DNA of 64,000 bases, from assembly GCA_019358935.1 (NCBI GenBank), contig JAHHIK010000026.1, positions 14,559 to 78,558 on the forward strand, written 5' to 3'. The notes under the pieces are model-generated. The model saw nothing but the letters and a program-made list of their open reading frames with translations. It did not search any database and had not been told where the DNA came from. Source of the stretch: Tolypothrix carrinoi HA7290-LM1. GTDB taxonomy: Bacteria > Cyanobacteriota > Cyanobacteriia > Cyanobacteriales > Nostocaceae. Below are positions 22,992-33,930 of the stretch, in pieces. The position numbers and the translations under genes were made by a program. Numbering within the stretch: the stretch's first letter is position 1; the number at the start of each line of letters is the position of its first letter.

Positions 22992-24137
22992 ATGAAAATT
23001 CTCTTTTTAGACCAAAGTGGTAAACCGGGTGGCGCAGAATTATGCTTGATAGATATTGCTAAACCTTATAGCGATCGCTGTCTGGTAGGCTTATTTGCAG
23101 ATGGTTCATTCAAGAATTTACTACAGCAGAATAAAATTCCCGTGCAAGTTTTAGCAACTCAAGCAATACAAGTTCGCAAAGAAAGCAGCTTGGCACAAGG
23201 TTTAGGAAGTTTAGGACAACTTGCGCCGATAATTACTAAAGTAGTTAAAATTGCGCGTGAATACGATCTAATTTATGCGAATACACAAAAAGCGTTAGTT
23301 GTGGGTGCGATCGCTAGTTTTCTCAGCCGTCGTCCTTTGGTATATCATTTGCATGATATTCTTTCAAAGGAGCATTTTAGTAAAACTAACCGTCGCATTG
23401 CTGTAACTTGCGCCAATCTTGCATCATTAGTAATTGCCAATTCTCAAGCTAGTAAAACAGCTTTTGTGAAAGCAGGTGGACGCGCAAAGCTCACGGAAAT
23501 AGTTTACAACGGCTTTGACTCGAAAAATTATCAAATTTCTGAGTCTGATGTTAAGCAATTACGGCAAGAATTAAGTTTAGAAGGACAATTTGCAGTCGGA
23601 CATTTTAGCCGTCTTGCACCTTGGAAAGGACAGCATATTTTAATTGAAGCACTTGCTAAATGTCCTCAAGAAGTCACAGTGCTTTTAGTTGGTGATGCAC
23701 TGTTTGGCGAGCAAGATTATGTTGATAGTTTACATCATCAGGTAACAAATTTAGGATTGGAAAAGAGAGTCAAATTTTTAGGATTTCGTTCAGATATTCC
23801 TCAATTAATGTCAGCTTGTGACTTGGTAGCACATACCTCTATTTCTCCAGAACCTTTTGGTAGAGTGATTGTTGAAGCGATGCTATGTGGAACACCTGTA
23901 GTTGCAGCCGCATCTGGGGGTGCAATTGAATTAGTAGAACACGATATTAATGGTTTTTTGGCAACACCAGGAAAACCTCAAGAACTTGCACAAATAATTA
24001 CCGCTTGTCTTCAAGAACCAGAAAAGACAGCGGCTATAGCTAATAATGCGCGAATTACTGCAAGTCAGCGGTTTGATGTGGCAATTATTAATCAGCAAAT
24101 TGCGGAACTACTTGAGCGTTATTTTGAATGTAAATAA
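22992..24137 (+). CDS. GT4 glycosyltransferase
   Basis: GGAELCL, PWKGQH, EPFGRVIVEAMLCG. Confidence 0.93.
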   Translation: MKILFLDQSGKPGGAELCLIDIAKPYSDRCLVGLFADGSFKNLLQQNKIPVQVLATQAIQVRKESSLAQGLGSLGQLAPIITKVVKIAREYDLIYANTQKALVVGAIASFLSRRPLVYHLHDILSKEHFSKTNRRIAVTCANLASLVIANSQASKTAFVKAGGRAKLTEIVYNGFDSKNYQISESDVKQLRQELSLEGQFAVGHFSRLAPWKGQHILIEALAKCPQEVTVLLVGDALFGEQDYVDSLHHQVTNLGLEKRVKFLGFRSDIPQLMSACDLVAHTSISPEPFGRVIVEAMLCGTPVVAAASGGAIELVEHDINGFLATPGKPQELAQIITACLQEPEKTAAIANNARITASQRFDVAIINQQIAELLERYFECK

Positions 24138-24148
24138 ACGCTCTAAAT

Positions 24149-24302
24149 GTAGTAAGCGGCTCTAGCCCTTGAAAGCGTTGGAATTGAGCGGTGAGCCAGC
24201 GCGGTCTTGGGGGTTTCCACGCCAGATGCTTCAAGTCTTTTGACCGAACGCACTGGCTCCCCATGAGCGACTGGCTCTCCCGTTGGGTAAACCGCTCACT
24301 AC
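24149..24302. repeat. Nested small dispersed repeats
   Basis: Outer GTAGTAAGCGG...CCGCTCACTAC. Inner GGTGAGCCAGCG...GCGACTGGCTCTCCCGTTGGG ends are shared with the insertion in mscS. Confidence 0.75.
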
Positions 24303-24306
24303 GTAA

Positions 24307-24681
24307 TTACAAACCAACTAATTCACGAGCTTCAAAATCGTTGAGTTGTTGAACTATGGCTAATCTCGCTTCTAATTTAGCTACACTAAACTGGTTGCGG
24401 AGATATTCTAAATGAGCGATCGCATTTTGTTTTTCTGCGGTTAATCTAATCAGGGTATCGATTGACTTTTGATATTCCTGATTCACCAATAGTACTTCAA
24501 AGCGACGTGCTTTGCGTTGAGCATCATTCTTCAAATCAGATTCAAAAGCAGAAACGCGATCGGCATTGCCTTCAAATCGGTTAATTTGGTGCTGAACTGC
24601 CATCAACTGAGAGTCTACTTCATTCACTCGTTGGGCAGCTTGAGCGATCGCAGATGGATAATGACTCAGTTGCAACATCAA
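24307..24681 (-). CDS. Hypothetical coiled-coil protein
   Basis: 124-aa ORF (LSHYPSAIAQ...LKNDAQRKARRF) with a GAGG RBS. Confidence 0.8.
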   Translation of the reverse strand: MMLQLSHYPSAIAQAAQRVNEVDSQLMAVQHQINRFEGNADRVSAFESDLKNDAQRKARRFEVLLVNQEYQKSIDTLIRLTAEKQNAIAHLEYLRNQFSVAKLEARLAIVQQLNDFEARELVGL

Positions 24682-24735
24682 AATAATTTACCTCTAACAA
24701 ATCTTAATAAACAAAGCTCCGAAACTGTGCCTTAA

Positions 24736-24999
24736 CTAGGCTACTTCCCTCAGTTGAGACGGAACACTCACCTCACCAATATTCAGTGATAGCTGTTCAG
24801 CATGAGACACTACAGCTTGCTCTAATACTTGAACTTCGATATTCACACTCACTAAATAACTGCCAGTATCTGCACCAACCGCTTCCGCAATTAACTTAGC
24901 AATGTCCGGACGTTTCGCAGTCAGCGGATCGCGTAGAATACAACGATCCCAGTCGTGCTTGGCAGTCGGATTGAGGCTGAGAATATAGTGTTTAATCAT
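24736..24999 (-). CDS. Hypothetical protein
   Basis: 87-aa ORF, co-oriented with 24307-24681. Confidence 0.8.
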   Translation of the reverse strand: MIKHYILSLNPTAKHDWDRCILRDPLTAKRPDIAKLIAEAVGADTGSYLVSVNIEVQVLEQAVVSHAEQLSLNIGEVSVPSQLREVA

Positions 25000-25087
25000 A
25001 AAACAAACCCTTGAATCATATTTCTGTGAAGGCTGTCACACAGCCTTGATCGCACTTCACCAGGCTTGGACGCTATATATATATTAT

Positions 25088-25101
25088 AGTACTTATGTAC
25101 T
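25088..25101. promoter_or_regulatory. LexA (SOS) box
   Basis: AGTACTTATGTACT matches the cyanobacterial consensus RGTAC-NNN-DGTWCB and overlaps a minus-strand TATAAT (25083-25088). Confidence 0.8.
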
Positions 25102-25284
25102 GTTTTGCCCACAAGCAAACAGCGAGTTTCCTCTCTGAAGCTGCGTTCATTCGCTAATACGGTTGGGAGGATGCGAAAACAACATCATGAAACAACTAGC
25201 TGAAGATAGTTGTTTTCACTGACTAAATAAGTAAAAAGATAGATATATGTATATCTATCTTTTGGCAGATGAGGTTTATTTAGC

Positions 25285-25767
25285 ATGATTTCCCCTTGGC
25301 AAAGTCCGCTTCCTCTGGAAGAACACAAAACCAGCCGTGTCGTTGTCTACTTTTACAGCGACAGATTAAGCTTATGGATTCCGATAGTGTTTTTCCAGTT
25401 GATAGAGGCGATCGCGCTTCATCATAAAGGACTTTTCAACGGGGTAGAATTTTTTATTTTCTCACCTGATTTAGACCCTTGCAGTTGGGAAGAGGGGGGG
25501 ATGGGGAGAGGGGGGGATGGGGAGAGGGGGAGCAGGGGGAGCAGGGGGAGCAGGGGGAGCAGGGGGAGCAGGGGGAGCAGGGGGAGCAGGGGGAGCAGGG
25601 GGAGCAGGGGGAGCAGGGGGAGCAGGGGGAGCAGGAGGAGCAGGGGGAGCAGGGGGAGAGGGGGAGTTAAAATTACCAATGCCCCATGCCCAATGCCCAA
25701 TGCCCCATGCCCAATAACTAATTCACCTTGTCATCAAACTGAGATTTCAGTAATTGAGCATCATTGA
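25285..25767 (+). CDS. Hypothetical protein whose C-terminus runs through repeat arrays
   Basis: GAGG RBS, about 70 aa of plausible sequence, then (GSR)n encoded by the 9-mer array. Confidence 0.5.
   Translation: MISPWQSPLPLEEHKTSRVVVYFYSDRLSLWIPIVFFQLIEAIALHHKGLFNGVEFFIFSPDLDPCSWEEGGMGRGGDGERGSRGSRGSRGSRGSRGSRGSRGSRGSRGSRGSRGSRRSRGSRGRGGVKITNAPCPMPNAPCPITNSPCHQTEISVIEHH
25493..25716. repeat. About 14 copies of the 9-mer GGGGGAGCA plus STRR CCC(A/C)ATG
   Basis: Direct reading of 25526-25656 and 25676-25716. Confidence 0.92.
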
Positions 25768-27595
25768 CCCAAATCGCTTGTTGAGGCAAAGGAATAGAAA
25801 CTCCCGCTTGGTCAAAGGCGATTTTCAAACGACGGCGAAATTCTCGCGCTACATCCCATTGCTTGAGGGGCTGTGTTTTAATCCATACACGAATTATCAA
25901 ACCGCGATCGCCAAAATTATCTACACCCAAAACTTTCGGCGTTTCGACAATTTGCTCTTGCCATAGCGGATCTAGATCCATCTTGAAGGCAATATCTTCA
26001 ATTAATTCCAAAGCCTTGTCAATATTGGTTTGATAGCTAACCGGGATATTTAAGTCTGCGCGTGACCACCGACTAGAAAGATTGGCAACAATTTTAATTT
26101 CGCTATTGGGAATTGTAATTAAGCGTCCTTCTGCATCGCGTACCTGAGTCATCCGCAGATTCAGATTTTCTACTAAACCGCCAACTTCTCCCACATTAAT
26201 CACATCGCCTAAAGCGTACTGGTCTTCCAGGATAATCAGAAAGCCGTTAATTGCGTCTTTAATTAAACTTTGCGAGGCAAGGGACAGTGCCACACCAACT
26301 AAACTGGCACCAGCAAGCAAGGGAATAACATCTATTCCCAATATGGTCAGAGTTAATAAAGTACCAACTACGAGCAAAGCAAAGGTAGCAATACTTTTAG
26401 TTACACCAGAAATCGTAGAAACTCGTAACTGTAGCCGTTCGGTAGTTTCCGGAGTTAGTAAAGTACTGCTGTTGATTAAAGCAGAGGCGAAGCGGTCAGT
26501 TAAAGCATAGGTAAGACGCACTGCCACATAAGTTAACAGCAGCACAATACCTACTTGCAAAGGAATTTTCGCAGCTCTGAGAATTGCGATTTGCAGCGAT
26601 CGCGTGTAGGGAAATAGACCAAGGATGAAAAAACTGCCCCCTCCCCAAATCATTGCTTGCCCTAGCTGAAACAGTCGCCGCTTTGCTTCTTGAATATGTC
26701 GATTTTGCTGTCGATTCAGCTGTACCGTAATCGGTTTGGTCGCAGGTGAAGCTGGGGGAGTTGGCTGTACTGAGTTTCTAGATCGGCATTGCCACCTATA
26801 CATCCCCCAACTGATGACAATCATCCCCAGTGCGACTGCGCCAGCAATTTTACTTTGGTAAATTAAAAACTCAGTTTTTCGCTCTTCTTTCGCCTGTGGT
26901 AATTTTTGCAGCAACAATTGCTTAAGTTCTTCAGCCAAACTTTCGGGGTCTTGTTGTCTGATGTTGGCATCCTCTTGTGTTACCGTCATCAGATAATTGC
27001 CATTGACGCGAATAATTGGTGAACCGTTTGCAGCGTGATCTATCTGCACTTTCAGCTTCGCATCAGGCGTTTGAAAGTAGTTTTGGCTAATTGTATCTAC
27101 AGCTTGTTGAATATCTTCTAAACGCTGTGGAAGATTTGCCCTTGTATCCGCTATCTGAAATAAACGCCGACCATCCAAATAAATTGAGTCATTGACAATT
27201 GTTTTGTCTGAGTCATAAATCTTCAATTTGGGTGATTGCAGATCGGGCAAAAACGGTATTTGCGCCGTAGCTTTTGAGACATCAAAATTAGTGACAACCA
27301 TAAAGGTGGCGATCGCCCCAATTGCAACCCAAATTAATTTTTGAAGGTGAGTCCAGCGCCGTGCGCGGGTTCCCAAGGCAGCGCGTTGCGGGGGTTCCCC
27401 CCGTTGTAGCGACTGCCGCCGCGTTGAGGAGCCAGTGCGTTGCGTATTTTCCCAAGGCACGTTTTCGGGGGAAGCTTCCCCCGAAAAGCTGCCGCCCCGT
27501 TGTAGCACCTGGCGTGCGACTGGCTCTCCCGTTGGGCGCTTAGATAGTAGAATCCGCATGGCGTAACCTGGCATAGCCAAAAATTTATAGCGCAC
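25718..27595 (-). CDS. Small-conductance mechanosensitive channel (MscS family)
   Basis: SQSLIKDAINGFLIILEDQYALGDVI, GLVENLNLRMTQVRDAEGRLITIPNSEI. Likely GTG start at 27595, 8 nt after GGAGG. Confidence 0.92.
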   Translation of the reverse strand: MRYKFLAMPGYAMRILLSKRPTGEPVARQVLQRGGSFSGEASPENVPWENTQRTGSSTRRQSLQRGEPPQRAALGTRARRWTHLQKLIWVAIGAIATFMVVTNFDVSKATAQIPFLPDLQSPKLKIYDSDKTIVNDSIYLDGRRLFQIADTRANLPQRLEDIQQAVDTISQNYFQTPDAKLKVQIDHAANGSPIIRVNGNYLMTVTQEDANIRQQDPESLAEELKQLLLQKLPQAKEERKTEFLIYQSKIAGAVALGMIVISWGMYRWQCRSRNSVQPTPPASPATKPITVQLNRQQNRHIQEAKRRLFQLGQAMIWGGGSFFILGLFPYTRSLQIAILRAAKIPLQVGIVLLLTYVAVRLTYALTDRFASALINSSTLLTPETTERLQLRVSTISGVTKSIATFALLVVGTLLTLTILGIDVIPLLAGASLVGVALSLASQSLIKDAINGFLIILEDQYALGDVINVGEVGGLVENLNLRMTQVRDAEGRLITIPNSEIKIVANLSSRWSRADLNIPVSYQTNIDKALELIEDIAFKMDLDPLWQEQIVETPKVLGVDNFGDRGLIIRVWIKTQPLKQWDVAREFRRRLKIAFDQAGVSIPLPQQAIWVNDAQLLKSQFDDKVN

Positions 27596-27748
27596 GCTCA
27601 ACACCTCCTTAAGCTAAACCTACAGCCATCGTGCAAAATCAGTCTGGGTAAATGTACCTGTCTAAAGTTTAGTTTTGACAAATCTTTATAATCTAAAAGC
27701 TTAAATTTTATATATTTCATCTATCCCAAGACAGATGACGCAAAAATT

Positions 27749-27945
27749 GTGGGCATGGGGCATTGGGCATTGGGGAGGCAGTGCGGTCTTGGGGTCTCCC
27801 CAAGTGGAGCATCTGCCGTCATCGGGCATTGGTAATTTTAACTCCCCCTCTCCCCCTGCTCCCTGCAAGAGTGCCCCCTGCTCCCTGCAAGAGTGCCCCA
27901 TGCCCCATGCCCCATGCCCCATGCCCAATGCCCCATGCCCAATTT
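27749..27945. repeat. STRR arrays flanking a dispersed repeat
   Basis: GGGCATT/G, then GGCAGTGCGGTCTTGGGG...GAGCATCTGCCGT, then CCCCATG. Confidence 0.8.
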
Positions 27946-28095
27946 CTTGATGAAACATAAAGTTAAGGCAAAGAAAAAGTAAATAAAGTTGACATTATTG
28001 CTCTCAAACGTCAAGCTAGTGCAAAGAAGCCTTGATTAGTTGCTTAAAATTAACTAAGCATAGCTATTCATGGAATACTCTATTAAAGTACGTAG

Positions 28096-29412
<1,317 letters not shown>

Positions 29413-29464
29413 GTAGAGATGTTCCGGCGGAACGTCTATACTTAGTCTAAATATATTATTTCTG

Positions 29465-29492
29465 GGATAGGTAAATTACCTATCCTTTTTTA
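29465..29492 (+). terminator. Rho-independent terminator after ahcY
   Basis: GGATAGGT-aaatt-ACCTATCC followed by T7. Confidence 0.8.
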
Positions 29493-29718
29493 ATATTTGT
29501 AGTGAGGTGAGCGCTGTTAGCGCTCACTACGAATGTTATATCAGTATATATCCCGAACAAATATAAAAAGTCGATAAACCAGTGTTTTTATATTGACGAT
29601 AAAAGAATAATTATGCCAAGTTGTAGAAGTTTCTGAAAGTAAAGCAAATCAGCTTTTTTACAGAAATTTCGATTAATGGGCATGAGTTTATATCAATAAA
29701 AACCGGGGTTTTTCTTTC

Positions 29719-30168
29719 ATGAAAATCAAAAAATTACTAGGAACATTTTTGCTATCCAATATAGCGATCGCACTTTTTTTATCTGCCAATCCAGCAATGG
29801 CAGCAACTGTTAGCGCAAATCATCACTCCACCTCTTCAATCTTGCTAGCTGACATTAAAACCAAATACGTCAAAGATGCTGACGAAAATCTCGACTCTGC
29901 TTTAGAAGCAATGAACAATGCGGCTGATGCTGAAAGCGATGCAGATGCAGTGCAGTATTTCGACACAGCAATGGAACATTTAAAAAATGCCGCTACTGCT
30001 TTGAAAAAAGGAGGAATGCTTGATAATGCAAAAAAAATAGAAAATGCCATACAAGCTTTAAACGATGCTGTTGAAACTGATTCCGAAAAACAACAAGATA
30101 AACTGATTGAAATCGCAATAGATTCTCTCAATCAAGTAGATGAGGCTCTTAAGGCAGTTTTGAATTAA
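29719..30168 (+). CDS. Secreted acidic helical hypothetical protein
   Basis: Signal peptide MKIKKLLGTFLL...PAMA, with an internal two-fold helical repeat. Confidence 0.8.
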   Translation: MKIKKLLGTFLLSNIAIALFLSANPAMAATVSANHHSTSSILLADIKTKYVKDADENLDSALEAMNNAADAESDADAVQYFDTAMEHLKNAATALKKGGMLDNAKKIENAIQALNDAVETDSEKQQDKLIEIAIDSLNQVDEALKAVLN

Positions 30169-30278
30169 AACTTAAAAGTGATAAATCAGGATTTAGCATC
30201 ACTCATAATTTATAAATATTCAACATCTAGGGGCACGCTTTCAAGCCTGCCCCTATTGCTTGGAATACACTTTTAAAC

Positions 30279-30530
30279 AGGACTTACGCAAAAATTCTCT
30301 CTTTTCCTCATTCCTCTGTGAACTCTGCGTCGCGCCAGTCGCTACAACGGGGGGAACCCCCGCAACGCGCTGGCTTCTCTGCGGTTCGTTTTTTCACTCG
30401 TAAATTGGCTGTGCCTTGTTACGCAATTCTTGTGGGCTGCTGCCTCATCCGATCTGACCGGAGGCAACCTCTTTCCTTCGTGTTCTTCGTGTCTTTGCGG
30501 TTCGTTTTTTCATGACTTTGCGTAAGTCAT
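30279..30530. mobile_element. MITE-like element with GGACTTACGCA terminal inverted repeats
   Basis: AGGACTTACGCA...TGCGTAAGTCAT, containing a nested dispersed repeat at 30332-30374. Confidence 0.7.
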
Positions 30531-30613
30531 ATTTTTGTGAAAAACACTGTAATTCCGTAATTCGGAAAACAAGCTTGTATAAATTTAAAGGTAGAACATA
30601 TGAGAAAGCAAAT

Positions 30614-32692
30614 ATGACCGAACAAACAACTCAAATACCCAACTTATACGCTTTATTGATTGGTATTGACTACTATCTACCAGGTCAATTACCGGATGGA
30701 GGTTATTATGCGAGCCTTGGAGGATGTGTACGCGATATTAAACGGGTAGAGGATTACCTCAAAAAGACGCAGAAGCCGAAGCAAATCTTTAAGCTGACAT
30801 CTTCTAATACCGGTGCTACGGAACCACCCGAACCTAAAGAGCAATTGCCTACTTACGAAAATATCGTTGCGAAGTTTCACGCAATTACTGAGATAGCCCA
30901 AAAAGACGACCAAGTTTATATTCATTATTCTGGTCATGGGGGGCGTGCAAAGACAATCTATCCAGAATTGAAGGGTGCGGGACAACCTGATGAAGCGCTT
31001 GTACCGATGGATATTGTCAAAACAAATGAACGCTATCTCCGAGACGTTGAAATTGCAACACTCCTGAAAAAGATGGTGAATAAGGGGTTAGTTGTCACAG
31101 TGGTGTTTGATAGCTGTCACTCTGGAGGTACTACACGAGGGGATACGGCAATTCGAGGACTGGAAGGAGAACCGGACACGACATCACGACCTACAGACAG
31201 CTTAGTGGCATCGCGTGAGGAATTAATTAATAACTGGCTTGAGATTACAGGGGGAACAGCTCGCAAAGCTAATGCAGGTGATTGGCTTCCGGAATCGCGA
31301 GATTATGTTTTGTTAGCAGCTTGTCGCCCTTCGGAGTATGCTTTTGAGTCTGTATTCAATGGTAAGGAGAGTAATGGAGCGCTTACTTACTGGATGCTAG
31401 ATACTTTAGCTAACCCAAGTCCAGACTTGACATATAAGTCACTTTACGATCGCGTTTACGCCAAAGTCCAAAGTCAATTTCAAACCCAAACACCGATGCT
31501 ATTTGGCGAGGGTGAACGTCAAGTTTTTGGCAGAAGTTACACAAATGTACATTATACAGTAAATGTTCTCAAAGTAGATACTGCTAGAAATCGGGTGCTA
31601 TTAGATGCAGGTATAGCACAGGGACTGGGTGAAGGGGCAAGATTTGCTATTTATGCACCAGGTACAACAGATTTTAGCGAGAAAAACAAGCCGTTAGCGA
31701 TCGCCCAAGTTTCAGCAGATATTACTCCCGGTGACGCTTGGGCTGTGATTGACCCAAATTCGCTGCGTGGAAATATTCAGCAAGCATCTCCGGCAATTAT
31801 GTTATCAGCTGCGATCGCACTTGTGCGGCGAGTTCGTCTGTTTGAGAAACAAGACGATAGCACGAAATTGATGAAAAGTCAAACGGATGCACTCACAGCA
31901 GTCAAAGCTGCAATTCCGAGAACTGGCAAAGGTTGGGTAGAGTTAGCAAATGAAGGTGAACACTATCAAGTTGCGATTAATACTTCGGGCGAGTATGAAA
32001 TATGCGATCGCAACGGTACGCCATTTCCCAATTTACGACCAGCGTTGTTAGTAGGCGATCGTGATGCTGCGGAAAACGTAGTTAAGCGCTTAGTTCATCT
32101 TACTAAATACCAGGCTGCCCAAGAACTGGAAAATCTTTCAGTTTTAACCAACAAGTTGGTAGTTCAGTTAACTGACAAAAACAAAAAGCCATTAGCTGAG
32201 CCTACTAAACAAACATTGCAAACTGAAGAAAATACATTTTTATATATCAAGAATGAGTCTAACCAAGACTTGAATGTTGTCGTCATGGATCTTCAGTCAG
32301 ATTGGGCTATTTCTCAACTTGACATATTAGAAGATGGGGCACCTTTTGTCACTTTTAACCCGAAGCAAGAAGAATTGATTCGCTTAAGTTTCAAACTGCC
32401 AGAGGGGTATAAAGAAGGTAAAGACATCTTAAAGGTATTTGCGACAGTTGGACCTGCTAAGTTTCGCTGGCTAGAATTACCGTCCTTGGACAAACCGATT
32501 AAAGCAAGAAAAGCAGCATTCGATGAATATGACGAGAATACACCCAGAGGTGGTGGCGATCCACTTGACAAACTTTTGTCAGCTATTAGTGCCGATCCTG
32601 ATGAGATACCTCCTACCCGTGAAGCACAATTTATGAGTTCAAATCGCGGCTGGACGACAAAAACTGTGACAATCACTGTGAAAGCGGTTTAA
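30614..32692 (+). CDS. Caspase-like (peptidase C14) protein with long C-terminal extension
   Basis: YALLIGIDYY, LGGCVRD, catalytic HYSGHG and DSCHSG. The ORF-track start at 30512 lies inside the MITE, so ATG 30614 is preferred. Confidence 0.9.
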   Translation: MTEQTTQIPNLYALLIGIDYYLPGQLPDGGYYASLGGCVRDIKRVEDYLKKTQKPKQIFKLTSSNTGATEPPEPKEQLPTYENIVAKFHAITEIAQKDDQVYIHYSGHGGRAKTIYPELKGAGQPDEALVPMDIVKTNERYLRDVEIATLLKKMVNKGLVVTVVFDSCHSGGTTRGDTAIRGLEGEPDTTSRPTDSLVASREELINNWLEITGGTARKANAGDWLPESRDYVLLAACRPSEYAFESVFNGKESNGALTYWMLDTLANPSPDLTYKSLYDRVYAKVQSQFQTQTPMLFGEGERQVFGRSYTNVHYTVNVLKVDTARNRVLLDAGIAQGLGEGARFAIYAPGTTDFSEKNKPLAIAQVSADITPGDAWAVIDPNSLRGNIQQASPAIMLSAAIALVRRVRLFEKQDDSTKLMKSQTDALTAVKAAIPRTGKGWVELANEGEHYQVAINTSGEYEICDRNGTPFPNLRPALLVGDRDAAENVVKRLVHLTKYQAAQELENLSVLTNKLVVQLTDKNKKPLAEPTKQTLQTEENTFLYIKNESNQDLNVVVMDLQSDWAISQLDILEDGAPFVTFNPKQEELIRLSFKLPEGYKEGKDILKVFATVGPAKFRWLELPSLDKPIKARKAAFDEYDENTPRGGGDPLDKLLSAISADPDEIPPTREAQFMSSNRGWTTKTVTITVKAV

Positions 32693-32717
32693 TCCCAAGT
32701 GCGTACAAAGCCTGCCC

Positions 32718-32774
32718 AGAAACCCGGTTTCTTGAAGAAACCGGGTTTCTGAAGTTTGAAGAAACCCGGTTTCT
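32718..32774. repeat. Palindromic AGAAACC(C/G)GGTTTCT repeat, 3 copies
   Basis: The same unit occurs twice at 48477-48509. Confidence 0.8.
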
Positions 32775-32780
32775 GAAGAT

Positions 32781-33650
32781 TCAAGCCGCACAAAAAATAG
32801 GGGCAGGCTTGAAACCTACCCCTACTTGTGGTATAATCCGCCCAACTGCGGCGGCTACGAGTCTTAAGCTATCAACTAAATCCACCATGTCTTCTAAAGA
32901 CAGCGCTTGACGGGCATCAGAAACGGATTTTTCCGGTTCTGGGTGACACTCGATAATTAACCCATCTGCGCCACAAGCTACCGCAGCTTTCGCCATAGCT
33001 GCTACCAATTCGCGTTTGCCTACGGCGTGGGATGGATCTACAATTACAGGTAAGTGAGTAATTTGCTTGAGAGCCGCTACAGCCGCTAAATCCAAGACGT
33101 TGCGGGTGTAATCATCAAAGCTGCGAATACCTCTTTCGCACAGTACCACATTTGGGTTGCCGTGACTTAAAATATATTCGGCTGCCATAACGAATTCTTC
33201 AATTGTCGCGGCTAAACCACGCTTGAGGAGTATCGGCTTACCGGCTTGTCCTAAAGCTTTGAGCAAGTCGAAGTTTTGCATGTTGCGGCTACCAACTTGC
33301 AGCATATCAGCATGGGTGGCGATCGCTTCAATTTGCGAGATTGACATAACTTCGGTGACAACTGGGATATTGTAACGCGATCGCACTCTTGCCAAAATTT
33401 CCAGTCCTTCTTCTCCCATTCCCTGAAAGGCGTAGGGTGACGTTCGCGGCTTGTAAACACCGCCACGCAAAGCTTGTACGGGCGCAGCAGATAGCTTTTG
33501 GGCGACTGTTTCCATTTGCTCTAAGCTTTCCACCGTGCAAGGTCCACCGATAATCACCAGTTCTTTACCGCCAAAAGCGACTTTTTCAGAGACATTGACG
33601 ATTGTTTGGTGGTGAAGATGAGATTGTGAAGCAAGTTTGGCATTAATCAT
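32781..33650 (-). CDS. aroF: 3-deoxy-7-phosphoheptulonate (DAHP) synthase, type I-beta
   Basis: GGPCTVES, RGGVYKPRTSPYAFQG, QVGSRNMQNF, LCERGIRSF, VDPSH, IECHPEPEKSVSD. RBS is AAGGAG. Confidence 0.96.
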   Translation of the reverse strand: MINAKLASQSHLHHQTIVNVSEKVAFGGKELVIIGGPCTVESLEQMETVAQKLSAAPVQALRGGVYKPRTSPYAFQGMGEEGLEILARVRSRYNIPVVTEVMSISQIEAIATHADMLQVGSRNMQNFDLLKALGQAGKPILLKRGLAATIEEFVMAAEYILSHGNPNVVLCERGIRSFDDYTRNVLDLAAVAALKQITHLPVIVDPSHAVGKRELVAAMAKAAVACGADGLIIECHPEPEKSVSDARQALSLEDMVDLVDSLRLVAAAVGRIIPQVGVGFKPAPIFCAA

Positions 33651-33671
33651 CGGTTCGATTCTCCTTACAAT

Positions 33672-33701
33672 AAAAAAGCCCAGAACTTTTAAGTTCCGGG
33701 C
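33672..33701 (-). terminator. Attenuator terminator 2 (proximal to aroF)
   Basis: mRNA GCCCGGAAC-uuaaaa-GUUCUGGGC-UUUUUU, ending about 21 nt before the aroF start. Confidence 0.9.
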
Positions 33702-33728
33702 GCGTTCGATACATCAGCATGACGCTAT

Positions 33729-33791
33729 TCACCCGGAGCTTGCCCCGCGCCAAAAGTAAAAACCATAAAACCAGCTACCGAAATGAGTCAT
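33729..33791 (-). CDS. Aromatic amino acid leader peptide 2 (MTHFGSWFYGFYFWRGASSG)
   Basis: 20 codons with 4 Phe, 2 Tyr and 2 Trp. AGGAG RBS at 33804-33808. The 3' end is complementary to the 5' arm of terminator 2. Confidence 0.87.
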   Translation of the reverse strand: MTHFGSWFYGFYFWRGASSG

Positions 33792-33808
33792 CACGCTGAA
33801 AATCTCCT

Positions 33809-33843
33809 AAAAAAACAAAAACCGCAGAGTTCGCTCTGCGGTT
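33809..33843 (-). terminator. Attenuator terminator 1 (distal)
   Basis: mRNA AACCGCAGAG-cgaa-CUCUGCGGUU followed by a U-rich tract. Confidence 0.9.
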
Positions 33844-33873
33844 CACCGGGCTGTTTCCACTGGGAAACTTGAC

Positions 33874-33930
33874 TCACCCCCGGTGAACCACCCTAAACCA
33901 AAAATAAAAGTAGGAATTACTGCTTAACAT
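33874..33930 (-). CDS. Aromatic amino acid leader peptide 1 (MLSSNSYFYFWFRVVHRG)
   Basis: 18 codons with six consecutive aromatic codons YFYFWF. The 3' part forms an 11-bp helix overlapping terminator 1. Confidence 0.85.
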   Translation of the reverse strand: MLSSNSYFYFWFRVVHRG

